Part shown: positions 25,711 through 38,362 of the stretch, one piece after another
Numbering within the stretch: position 1 is the first letter of the stretch
Layout: every line of letters begins with the position of its first letter
NCBI GenBank assembly: GCA_039545335.1
Contig: BCIN01000003.1
Location: 186,001-250,000 of the forward strand
DNA from: Kondoa subrosea
Lineage: Eukaryota
Length of the DNA: 64,000 nt
Direction of reading: 5' to 3'
Made by a program: the position numbers and the translations under genes
Notes under the pieces: generated by a model
Told to the model about the DNA's origin: nothing
Databases searched by the model: none
Seen by the model: only the letters and a program-made list of their open reading frames with translations

Positions 25711-26329
25711 GATTACTTTTGGAAATGGTAATGAAAGAGTGGGAATGTGTGAGGTGAATGTGAGTCTGCTGAGACGTCTAGAGGAGAGGTAGCAATGGAT
25801 GAAAGAAGAAAGGGAGAAGACTGCGCGTGAAGATCACGTTTTGCCTTTCGCTCGCGGCAAAAACCTTCAAAGATAATTTCGGGTTTCTCCCCTTGTCACA
25901 GGACATGCGTCTTGCTCGAGCTCTTTCAACAACCGCAAAAATGGCAGCTTCCAATGTATGTCAATCCAAAGTCACCTGAGACAGAGCTGACACTGTTCAA
26001 ATAGTTCGATCCCAAGAACATGGTATCTGATTCCTTGCTATGAGGTCATGGACACAGCTGATCTAGCTGTCAGGTGTACCGCAACCTAGGTGAGTATCTA
26101 ATGCATCCATCTATATAGTCGCTCATTTCGCAAGCAGGCCGCACTGGTCTCAAGGTTTGTTCCATAAATAAAGTCGTTGGTGAGCATGTGTAACAAATGC
26201 TTACAGGTCTCTGTCTTCTCTTACGGAGGATGGCTCACCGTCGGCGGGACTCAGAAGGGAGATATCGTCAAGGTGAGAAGAGCATAGACGCTGACTGCCG
26301 CGACGACCACGCTAAAGGCATCGTCAAGG
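25186..26329 (+). repeat. 42-bp dispersed copy (25186-25227 vs 26272-26313, 41/42 identical) plus 10-bp direct repeat ATCGTCAAGG (26264-26273, 26320-26329)
   Basis: Read directly: ggtgagaagagcatagacgctgactgccgcga(t/c)gaccacgct at both sites. Confidence 0.95.
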
Positions 26330-28009
26330 ATCTGATGAAAACAGCTTATGACGCTGGTGTCAACTTCTTGTATGTTACAAGGCTCAATAATGACCGACTT
26401 GTTTGCTCAAAGTTGATCTTTCTTTACTTCTCAAAGCGACAACGCGGAAATCTATGCGGTAGGAATCAATTACATTCTCACTCCAATCCAAAAGCTGATC
26501 GGTTTCCTCAGAACGGTAACTCCGAGAATGAGATGGGTAGAGTCATCGAAGAACTAGGCTGGGACCGTGATCAGATTGTCGTCACTACCAAAGGTGATGC
26601 TTCCTTGCTTAATAATATACCGACGTTCGCTGATGACCTTGTGTAGTATTCTTTGGAACTGGTAAGAAGGACCCAAACCAGAAGTACGTCAATCTCTTTC
26701 TCTCGTCAGTTGATTACCGATCGTGATATACAGAGGTCTTTCGCGCAAGCACATCATTGAAGGTGTTAGGGCTTCCCTAAAGCGACTTCGCGTAAGTATC
26801 TACAAAGGCTTACAAGGACATGACTGACTGGGTCTGCAGATGGACTATGTTGATGTCGTCTTCTGCCATCGTCATGATGCTTCAACCCCAATGGTCCGTC
26901 CTAGTAGATTGGCCAGTTAATTGCTCACTCATTATGTTTTTAGGAAGAAATCGTTCGCGGAATGAACCAACTTATCGAGACTAACAAGGTCAGTATGCTT
27001 GCGGATGCAGTTTCGTATGAAACTAAACTCGAAGTTGATCGACAGTGCTACTACTGGGTTTGTTGAAATTGAAAGCTGAACAAAATTCCAGCTGATCAAA
27101 AGCATGCAGGGAACAAGTGAATGGTCCGCTCAACAAATCCAAGAAGCTTGGGCTGTTGCCGAAAAACTCAACTTGATCGGCCCTGTGTATGGCTTCTTCA
27201 CTACATCAGATCTCTAGCTGACATGCGATGCATAGTGCTGATCAGTGTCACTACAATATGCTTCACAGAGAGCGACCAGAAGTTGAATATGCTCCTTTGT
27301 TCGAGAAATACGGACTGGGCATGACTGTAAGCTTAGATTTCTAGCTCATTGTATTTTCAACTCATTGTGTATAGATCTGGAGTCCTCTGGCTAGTGGTAT
27401 GCTTACAGGAAAGTATAATGATGGCGTACCAAAAGTTGGTTCTCTTTCTAACACTATTACCGCACGTGCTGATCTATCGTAGGACTCTCGTTATGCTACC
27501 AACCCTGAGTATGTGTTACTTCTCTAATACAGATACCCGCTCACACGATTACAGATTCTTCAAGGATTCTGTCAAGGAACTCGAAACACCTGAGGGCAAA
27601 GTGAGAATATTCTGCTCAGTGTCATCTGTATTAACAAGTCTTTAGGCCAAGATCGAGAAGGTCAAGAAACTCACCAAGATCGCTGAGAAGATCGGAGCCA
27701 ATACTTCTCAACTTGCCTTAGCTTGGTGCGCATACAACAAGAACGTCTCTACTGTCATTCTTGGTTCGTGTTCTCCCTTACATCTCTGTCTAATCCTGAT
27801 CATGCTGTGACAGGCGCTACCAAGGTTGAACAACTCAGCGATAACCTCAAAGCACTTGAATTCGTTGACAAGATTACCCCTGAATTGTATGAAGAGATCG
27901 AAGCCGTTTTGGAGAACAAGCCAAGCTTGCCTCCTACTTATGGTCGTGTACGTCTCTCTTTTCCAGTTACTTAGTTGTTAGCTGAAAGCTATGCCTTTTT
28001 TGACAGTAA
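25905..28009 (+). CDS. Aldo-keto reductase of the voltage-gated K+ channel beta-subunit-like family (very many short exons)
   Basis: [109 protein letters not shown]. In-frame ATGs at 25905 and 25941. Confidence 0.93.
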
Positions 28010-28430
28010 AAAGTCAGCATGTATATCATTAGCTCGGAGAGTTGATGCGATGCAATACAGCAATTGTGTTATGTTCAATTATGTTCCTCCATCGTCCTTC
28101 CATCTTTCATCTGTTTGTCTACCGATAGGCGCAAACCCAACCAATGCTGTCTTTATCTTTCTTTCTAAATTCCTGCAGCCGTTGCTATGTCTCGCACTAT
28201 GAAACGCCCAACGCAAGCATCTGCTACTCTGCATACCATATGGTAGATAGTATTAGTATCCAGATGATGTGTCTGAAACTTGAAACGCTCACGACAGAGT
28301 AATTCTTCGAATTTCATCATCTGATGCTTGTGACTTCTACTGGGTTGGCTTTTCGCAACGTACCTCTTCTCTTTTCTCTCATCTCTCATCGTCCTGCGCT
28401 GGTCGCTCCTACCTTCCGTTCCTTGCTGAA

Positions 28431-30117
28431 ATGCTGTTCCATTTATTTGCTTTACTGTGTGCACTGGGTGCAAGCATCGTCAACGCACATGGCGTTATCG
28501 CGTCACCAAAGCCTAGAATGCCGGGTCCAGTAATGCAAGCTGGTGAGTGCGTCAATCCTTGTCTTGGTTCCAGCTCGTAATTCGATACAATAGCTTGCGG
28601 CGATGCTATCTTCCAGACCCAAAACGCAGACCAGGCCGGGTAAGTCTCATTAGTACATGTCTGGATCCAAGCTGACTCTCACAAAAGCAACATCCAAGAC
28701 TTAGAGACTAAGCGTGGAGCTGACTTCGATGCTGCTAAGTGTAATCTATGGCTATGGTTTGTTTACTGTTCTTACGATTGTCCCAATCTGAAGCCCTTAC
28801 AGCAAGGGATATCAATACCAAGAGTGAAGCATCGTTCTTTGTAGATCGCTCAGCCCAAGCTGATGGACGATGCAGTAACTCTGACAAGGTTCAATCTTTC
28901 GCTGCTGGACAGACAATTCCTATGCGAGTGGAGATCCGAGTAAGTTTCTGTCTGTTCACTTGATCGGAAGGTCTGATTTTCTTGGTCAGGCTCCTCACTC
29001 AGGTTAGTAAGGAGTACTTGTGCATTCAATTTGACTTATCGCTTCTGTAGGATATGCCAATGTTTCCGTACGTGGCAGCTAATCTGGATCATGAGATCAG
29101 TCCCAATTCATTTGACAGGTCGTCGACACAACTAGCGGCTCTTTCATTGGCGGTCCAATGATTGTAAGACTACTTGCTCGTGCCAAATTGCGATGAAGTT
29201 GTGATGAAGTCCTGGCCTGATCCAACTTATGCGTCGACCGCCACTGGACCAAAGGCTGATCAGACCAGCTTGTGAGCTGAATGAACCAGCGAAATGCTAC
29301 TTCCGCTCACCTTTACTTCCAGCGATATAACTTTACCTACTACAGGCATGAGCGCTTGCAATGCTCCAGGAAATTGCATTATTCAATGGTGAGCAGGCCG
29401 TCAGCCCTTCAGTAACACATAATGACCGTTCAGTAGGTTTTGGCATAGCACAGAAGCTACCCAAACATACGGTATTGCAGATTCGTCATTCATTATCTTG
29501 CGCTAATAAGCTTATAGAGGGTTGCGTCGACTTTGCTGTTGACGGATCTGGTGGCTCTGCGCCTGATTCAGTCGTACCTAGTACTGCCGTACCGTAACCC
29601 CCAGTTTCAACCTCAGTGAATGCTACCCGGCAGTTGACAGTAGCTCATATGTCCTCTGTATTTGCAACTACGGTTGCTGAGCCGCCTTCACTGGATTCTA
29701 AGTAGGGTACTTTTGCTGTTGCATGGAATTCGACAGCTAATAAAGTACAGTGTACCTGTTGCACCATCATCAACAAGCCAACCTATAGCTGACGCTGGAG
29801 ATGCCGGACAACCCGTTCCTCAACAGCCTGCATCGGACACTACTGGTCAATTTGCCGATTACAGTGTTCGTAATTGCTTCAAACGTTTTGGTATCGTGCT
29901 AAGGACTCCTCAAAGTCATGTATGCGCGCCGTTAACAATTGCAAAGAGTATGCCTTTGCTTGTTTGTCCTTCGTCATCAGAATGCTGATACTTGTGTAGT
30001 CTCATCAACAGCTCTGGATCTGGTATTCACAATTTTGCTGCCTGTGACGACATGGCTAGTCACTGCGGACGTCTTCGCAAGCGCGTAATGCATAAGAAGC
30101 GTCGCATGCTATATTGA
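28431..30117 (+). CDS. AA16-family lytic polysaccharide monooxygenase with linker and C-terminal 4-Cys module
   Basis: Signal peptide then N-terminal His (HGVIASPKPRMPGPVMQAACG), CNLWLCKG, VQSFAAGQ, IRAPHSGYANVSVVDT, YASTATG, CIIQWFW..QTYEGCVDF; matches the AA16 consensus as I recall it. Confidence 0.85.
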
Positions 30118-30325
30118 ACGGAGGAAGTCATTGCTTTCATGCTTGCTGGCCAAGTCAGAATCTTGTGCATTCGAGAGTGAAAGAGCATACATTGAATTGA
30201 TTTGCGTAAATTATATACATATCGTCTGAAAGAGCCTGCTTATTGTCTGTACAACGAAAATGGAGATGCTATGGAATATGATGCGAGTCCTCTGAACCAA
30301 AATCATGATACAAATGAGATATCTT

Positions 30326-33303
30326 CTATTGTGTAGTAGCCTTCTTGCGCAGAGCGGAAAGGCGACCCTCGATAGAAGTAATGACTGCCAGAGCAATGAG
30401 CTTTTACACATGAGAACATCCAGAGCCCGCTCACACTTATTAACAGTAGTGCGGTCTTCCTCTTTGACTGATGCGCTATCAAGCATACTCTCGTCAACAA
30501 TGCCGTATAGCATGTATAGAGCCGTCTCGTAAGCGATTTCGCAATCAGCAGAATTGTCGCCCATCAATTCGTTGACGGCCGCGGCACGAGACTGTTTTCC
30601 AGAATGCTCAATACAATCACGAGGCACAGCAGATCGGACTGACCATCTCCAAAGCCCGATCGAAGATCAACTTCTCGGTAAAGACCGCTGAGTCCGGTAT
30701 TTCGTCTTGCGTTCTTGCTTTCGAGAATTCAGCCTTCTCGTAACACTCGTTGAATCGCAAGCGGAACCATTGGACAGCTACGCAATGACGACTGTGAGAT
30801 CAGTGAAGGCTAATAGGCAAGGTTGGGCCGTAGCGCACCCTCGTTAAACTCTGCGCTGGCCTCGTAGCCTGAAGAAGGCTTGTTCTCCCAAAATGCACGG
30901 GCTTTCTCTATCCCTCGCTGCAGAAATGCGAGAGCTCTAATATAGAGCAAAAGTGCTTCAGCAGCCATAATATCCTGTTTAAGAGCAGCAGGACGTTCTG
31001 ACGACGAAGAAGACGTTCTTCTCATCGATGGAGCAGGATTGAAAGGGCTTGGTTGACCGGTAGAAGGGGAAATCGAACCACTTTGAGGTGTGGGAGGTAA
31101 CATTTGTAGTAGTTTCGAATCGGCGAAATCGAAAACTACTGCAGCTTTCTGCCCTAGATCTTCCAATTCGGCAACCAGTTGAAGTTCGACCGGATCTGCT
31201 ACTCTGTCGAATCGAGGAATGCCTTTCCGTTTAGCTGAAGGTCTTCTGAGAAGGATTCCATCAGCTGGATTGCCAAAGAGCTTCAGACTAGCCAGGTTGA
31301 TCGCTTTGACTATCGCATGACCTGGATTCGCGTTCATAATACCGCCTAGATTATAGCTATTGTTTCGCGAAGAGCTATACGGAAGAATCGATGGTCGGGT
31401 TCGAGGTGAAGAGCTGAGAGAAGACGGCCTGTGCCCCGATAACGCGAAAGGAGGTGTACTTGACAGATCATCCGCGTTGGGTTGAGTAGGTGGATAAGGT
31501 ATTGAGTTGGCCGCCAACAGAGGACCGCCGGGAGCAGATAGAGGTGGTGAGCCTTGAGCAGCGTTGTGTCGCGAAAGGAAACCTCTTGACGGCCGACGTG
31601 AGATCACAGATGGTCGTTGGTTGTTCGCAGCCAATTCTAATCGATGATCAGTACGATGCTTGATATCACGTACTAAAATTACTCACCATCCGCCAAGGCA
31701 TTGACTTCGACTGTTCGCTTCTCTACTACTACATACTCTGTGCCAAGTACAGAATCATCATCTGCGTTGGTTGCAGCAGTAGCTTGTTTCGCTTGTCGAA
31801 TAAGCGGAGGAGTAGCAGGGCGAGCAGGAGAAGTTTCTTCAGCGCTGTTACATCCATGTGAGAATAAGCAGAAGATCTAATCATGAGATGCTCACCTTGA
31901 GGCAACAACGAGGTCCGGCGTAGTAGGTTTACTAGGTCTAGTTCTCGTTACGAAAGCACCCCCGTCCGGTGATGTTGAAGTTTTGGGTATATCGATTGGC
32001 GGAGTAATACCTTGTGGCGGAAGAACAGGGCTTTGGTTAGGTGAACCGGTAACGTACTTTGGAACAAAGGATGATCTTCTAGTGACGATCTGAGGAGCTT
32101 GTTTGGTTTGACTTAGAGGAGCTTTGACTTCCTCTTCCACATTGGGTAGTGTTTTGAGAGCTTTAGCTACCGCACCGCTGACCGCAACTTGTTCTGCTTC
32201 TTTGAAGAAATTCTCAAACGACATCCTTTCCAGCGGGTTTCGTTTCAACAAACTCCTAATCAAGCTTTTCAAATCCTTTTCTACGACTATCGGATTTTCA
32301 CCAGTAGGTGTTGAAGATCTTTCGTCAGGAAATTTGATCCTATCTTCACCCTTTTCGATCCTTCTCAGCAATTCGACATGATTTTGAGCTCGAAAAGGTG
32401 GTTTCCCAATACACATTTCATAAAGTACGGCACCAACGGACCATAAATCCACTTTCGCATCGTACTTCTCATATCGCAAGATTTCGGGTGCCATGTATAA
32501 AGGAGAACCACATAAAGTTTCAGCCATAGAAGCTTGTGGTAAGAAACGAGCAAAACCGAAATCAGCTACTTGTAAGATTGGGACAGAAGGTAAATGAGGT
32601 AAAGTTGGGATATGATCTGGATGAGCTGTTGAGGCATATTCTGAGTAGGATTGGAGAAGTAAATTCTGTGGCTTGATATCTCGATGGATGATGTTCTGAG
32701 AGCGAAGGAATTTCAAAGCATCGGCTGTTCATCATGAATTACCTCATCATAAGCCTTCGCACCAAGCTAATTAAAGAATTGAACGAACATAATTGGCCTA
32801 AGAAGGATCGAACGATAACTTCGTTCAGACCACCTTCCTTTGGATGAACGAAAAGCGGTGCTTGAGCTTTCTCGACAAGCATTGATTCTTCTAATCCTTC
32901 AACTTGGCCTCTCTTCTTGATGTATCCACTTAAATCCCCGCCAGAGCAGAAACCCATGATAAGATAGATGTGATGTTCCGTCTTGAGGCAATCCAATAGA
33001 GCAACTACATTGCGATGAGAAATGCCTTTCAGCAAACGGATCTCTGATTCCAAGTTATCCAGAAGTTTCGGTGTTAGCTTGTTCCGGACTACAGCTTTGA
33101 TGGCTACTGGTAGAGGTGGATCGCATGTCTGTGTTGAACGCCAGCATTTAGCGTTGGCTGTATGCAGCTTCGTGGTAGTTAATTGTACTTACAGTTTTGT
33201 TGCCTCTAAAGACTGTAGCAAAGCTACCTCTGCCAATTTCTTGCTTAATCTCGAAAGGTCCTATTCTATCCACCCTACTGCTTGACTTCTTCGAGCTAGA
33301 CAT
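30326..33303 (-). CDS. ATG1: Autophagy Ser/Thr kinase
   Basis: [82 protein letters not shown]-terminal MIT region [23 protein letters not shown]. Confidence 0.96.
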
Positions 33304-33925
33304 GACTTGGCTTGTGTAAGGCCAAGTGCGGCGATAAGGCTAGACGTGGTATACAGATATCAAGGGTATCATTAGATGCGTGTCAGTGTCGCTGTGAGCT
33401 CTCTACAGATGGCTGCCTTTGACTTGAATGTGCGGAGTAACTTGAAGAGTCAACAAAGGGTGATTATGTGCGATTGTAGGCTGACTCAGAGGCCAGCGCC
33501 AGTCCAAGGCAGTTTCAATAGCAGCCGCAGACGTAAAGCGAGTCCACGAGTAAGTGATATTGGCTGGAGCAAGTCAAGCGGGGTGCAAGAGAGAGCTTCA
33601 GCCTCATCAATCGCTGTGGTTTCTTCCGACAACGAAGCCCAAGTGCCGGCGCTCGCGTGTATAATCTCTAGTCATCAAGGTAAGGCTCAGCTTCAGCCTC
33701 AGTTATACCCTTCTTGTTTTTGCGTTTTGGCTTCCTCCCTTTGTTTGCAAGTTTCTGTATTGAGGCGTCTCCTTCTCGGTGTTTGTGTCGACGAGCGTCA
33801 CTTACGCCGTACCATGTGCACTACAAACGACCGCCTAGTTCAAGTGCTATCATGCAGAGTCTCGTCCGGAACTGCTGCAGAAGAGCTTAATTTGGCTGGT
33901 CCCGCTCTATATCTATTTCAACGCA

Positions 33926-36900
33926 ATGGCAAAGATGAATCAAACTGACATTGTGATTCCTTCTCGCAGCAGCTCCCTCAGGTATTCTCTGCGAAAACGG
34001 CCGAGCAATGTCAGTTCCAAGATAGAACAGTCGATACCTTGCTCCCCTCTTTTCGCCTCTCGAATTACCTCAACCGAATCCAGTACATCTAAGCGAGCAG
34101 TGGGAAAGAGAAACAAGATGCCCAGCGAAGACAAATCGGCTCGTTTTGATCCGCTTGCATCAACTAATTCTTTCAATTCCGTCTCAAGCAATGGCTCATC
34201 TTCTACCTCGAGTAAAAAGAATCTCAAAGGCAAGCAGAAAGATCTAAATGATGTCTATCTTCCTCCCTTGCCAGCTACCAAACCAAACTTTATGCCTCGT
34301 TCGCCGTCAAACAATTGGTCTTTTGAGGAGCGATTCGATCCATCTAGTAGGCGGAGAAGGAATACCAGAGCTACATCTAGATTGGGTCAAGATAGTGACG
34401 GCTTCGGCTTTACGGATGAGGAAGAAGATAAATTGAGCTCAAAGTCTTACCGATCTGCCTCGCTGAGCCGACAAAGCCGGACCAATAGTCCAACACCATC
34501 TACTTCTTCATCTATACCGGTCATAACTACAGAGACTGTTGCATCTTTACCTCAAATCCCAAGCTCACCTCCGAACACTGCCAGGCCAAAACAAGAACTT
34601 TCCGCCCGACCAAAATTAGAAGCTAGAATAGATCGTGCTCCTCGAATAAAGAATCTTCACCGTACTACAAGTGCTCCGGATATAGCTGAATTTGACCCTG
34701 ATGATGAACTACTCAATATCGATCGGAGACCTTCCAGGCAGATGCTTTCCCTCGCAGCAGCATTGAAAGAATCTACATTCAACGAACCACCGTCTCCAAC
34801 TCCATCTCATATTCCTAATCGAACTTCTTCTGCAAATCATACTCATACAAAATCGTTAAGCACCAAACAATTACGTCGTCGTTCTGCAACAGCTACAGCA
34901 GCTACACATTCTCCTTCTGTACCTTCTTCACCAATCACTTCTCCTGCTAAACAAAAGAAGAAAGAAGGTTGGGCAGTAGATCTAGTGGTTTACGCTCGAT
35001 TACCTATTTCAACCAACATTACTTCATCGACTTCTTCTTCCGCATTAGATACGTTAGGAGGAATGATGAATAAAACTCCGCTGATCAAAGATGTGCCTGC
35101 TGTAAAGAAGAGAGCTGGAGGTGGTAGTAATAGTGGAGGGAAAAGAGAATCTACTCAAGTTATTACTACGTTGAGTCCACCTTTGGGTAGCGAAAGAAGA
35201 CAGAAGAATGGTAGTAGTGCTAATGGAAGTTTTACTCTTGGTCCGACGGGTTTACAAGCTGGTTCTTGGGGTTGGAGAAAAGCAGAAGCGGTACTAAAAG
35301 ATAGTGGGCTACTGGTTATTACGACTGTTGATGTGAGCAACTAGGCGATGTTAATCAGCTTTATGCTGATTCGTCCATCCGGTGACTCACAGGATCAAAT
35401 ACCGATACACTCGATACCGATAAGTCTGCTTGTGCGGTCAGATATAGCTTTCGTGCATCCTACACTTTTAAGTCGAAGAGACTGCCTATCAGTACGAATT
35501 GCAACCACACGACCTGCTGCTTCAGCGTTCACAGATCCATGGGGCAACAATGACTTTCCACGATCTCCCTCAACAGCTGCACCGAGTAAAACGAGTCATT
35601 CTTTCTTACCTTTCAACCTCTCTCGAAGCACTTCTTCCGATGTCAATACACCTACTCTGAACTCCTTCTCTCGATCTATTGAAACCGAAGATTACGTTTA
35701 CCTTGGTCTGACCAGCAAACCCTCTTTACATTCCTTCTACACCCTTTTGAAAACCTTCGCTGCTATGGAAACTATTCGTTCAGCTACGCCAGCCCGAATA
35801 TCGCTGGAAAGTCCATCTGAAGGATTATCGATCTCACCAACTCGACCACTCAGTATGAGCGATACACCACCTGAATTGCCATCATTCCGATATTGGCGAA
35901 GTGTAGAGATAGTCATACTGGAGGGAAGAAATCTAGGTGATCAACAACTGCGTTCTTCACTACAAGGTGAAGCTCAAAGGATCCCATTTCGACCTTCTGC
36001 AAGCGTCGATAGCTTTGGTACTACTTCTACAAACCAGAAGAAGAGCTCTCAAACAAGCAATAGCAAAGAAAAGAACGATGAACAGAACTCGAATACTTCG
36101 TCCGGTTCGAGTGGAGCAACAAACTGTTTTTGTGAATTAGTGCTGGATGGGGTAGTCGTGGCTAAGTCTACTACCAAAAAGGGACTGCAGATGCCTTTCT
36201 GGAGAGAATCGTTCGCTTTTGAGTAAGTGGAACAGCTTTTTTGCGCAATCTGCGCTCCTTGCTGATTTCACTTTACAGAGACTTGCCGGCCTTCAAGGAA
36301 TCGATGTTTATCCGAATATATCAAACTCAAATCAGGAAAGGTTCTTTAGCTGTCTCAATTATTGGTGCTGTCGAGATCCCTTTGGCAACCTTTCGCAAAG
36401 GTGAACAGCTTGAGCAATGGTATCCCGTTATTGTACCAGATAGTAAAGTCTCTGGCTGCGATATGCTTGCTGGTGAAATCAGTATCCGGTGTAGAGTGGA
36501 AGAATTGGCTGTACTTCCGCCAGACGAATATGCTCCGCTGAATGAAGTAAGTTCCAACTCATTGTTGCGAAGCTCCAGCTAACATATATATACAGCTACT
36601 GGCTGAAGAAAGCGATCCTATGCTCATCTATGATCTAGCAGCTGGTAGTCTATCAGATCTCGAAACAACAGCGGAAATTTTCCTGCGCATCTTCTTGTCG
36701 CAACAAGCTATAGTCAGCCGGATCAATCAAATGGTCGACTACGAAATCGATGGCGACGAAACCTCTGCCAACATCCTCTTCCGAGGTAACTCCATATTAA
36801 CGAAACTTCTTGAACTATACATACGCTTCCTGGCGAGCGATTTGCTCATCACAGCCTTGCATGAAGTCATCACTCGTCTATGTCAACAACATGTAGAACT

Positions 36901-38051
36901 AGAGATCGATCCAGCCAAACTCTCTTCATACAGCAAATTGCCAACAAATGTAGAACAATTGACCTTTTGGGCAAAGCAAATTTGGGATATTATATATGTC
37001 ACTCGTCAATCGGCGCCCAAGTAAGCTTGTCTGCTGAATTTTCCGAATCCTTGCTGATACCTCAAACAGTGAACTTCGAGTGATGTTTCAACATATTCAA
37101 GATACCGTCGACAGTCGCTATCCGCATGCAGCATCGACAATGAGATATACCAGCATTAGTGCATTCCTCTTCCTTCGCTTCATCGTTCCTGCACTTCTCA
37201 ATCCTCAATTTTTTGGTCTTACGCCCGCTCAACCTGAACCTAAGTGTCAACGGACGCTTACTTTGATAGCGAAGACACTGCAAGGCATGGCCAACATGAG
37301 CAAATTTGGCGCAAAGGAGCCATACATGGCAGTCATGAACCCTTTTATCGAAGAGAACTCGGAAGCTTTCACCGATTACCTTCATCATGTGTCGACGCCT
37401 TTCAAAGAGACTAGCCCTTCTTGGCAATCTAGTCATCATCGGCTCTATTCTCATCCTATGAAGAAAAGAGACGCACTGTCGACTCCGCTGGAAAGGGACA
37501 GCGTTCCTGCTTTGCCAAATGCCTTGGATTTGTCAAAAGACCTAGCACATTTCGCATCCCTAGTCGCAAGAGCTCGGAATCATAGTCAGATATCGGACAA
37601 CAGATCAATGAAAAGTTCGACCGATTCCAAGATTTCTGTTGTCAATCCACACGTCACCAAGATTGAGGAACTGTGCGTTCATCTGCACGAAAGGGCGCAA
37701 GCTATTGCCAGTAGCTTTGAGGCCACTCCTCACAGTACTCCGATTGCTGTCAATCACCTGACTCGTGAGGTATCGCCAGAAACTCCGATTGCTTCGTACA
37801 GTTCTTCACCTCAAGATTCTTTCTACTTCCCTACCACGACATCCCTTTCGGCCTCTAAATTACGTAACCGGGCACAAACTGTATCAGCAACGCCAACGCG
37901 ACTCGTTCCACAATCTTTCCGATCGAATTCTCCTTCATCATTCGTCAAACTCTCTGCTGAAATGGCTCGAAGCGTGTCTTCCAGTAGCTCAAGTACGAAT
38001 GAAGCCGAACCAGAAGAGTCAAGGTTTGGCAGACTGTTTCGACGCAAATGA
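33926..38051 (+). CDS. C2-domain Ras GTPase-activating protein (Bud2/Cla2-like)
   Basis: Low-complexity N-terminus, PH-like segment, C2 (ILEGRNL..FCELVLDG..PFWRESFAF), RasGAP signatures NILFRGNSILTK and SAFLFLRFIVPALLNP..RTLTLIAKTLQGMAN..KEPYM. Confidence 0.9.
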
Positions 38052-38362
38052 CGACCTACTTCGTTCCCCTCAAAATCGTATACTTATTCTGTTGTAATTG
38101 GGCCTCAGTTTGGGAAAGGGTTTGGTAGTATATGTTCTAGGGCTATCATTGTAATACACTTTCGGGTCGTTCTCTGTAGAAGATGCTCTGACTTGCTGAC
38201 TTCTCTTGACCTCAAACCAAAATCTACAAGGACAGACAGAAATACTTCTTTCTTTTCCCTTGTTCCCCCCTTCTCAACACCTTTCATATACTCGCCTGGT
38301 CCCTTTCTGGCTCAAGCGACTAGTCACATCTTTCGAGGACAGCGCAATTCCCCGTCTCAATC

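Noticed and set aside
15945..28009. CPR + ABCC + AKR as a detoxification or secondary-metabolite cluster
   Set aside because: No P450, backbone synthase or pathway transcription factor, and the run is interrupted by housekeeping PRA1.
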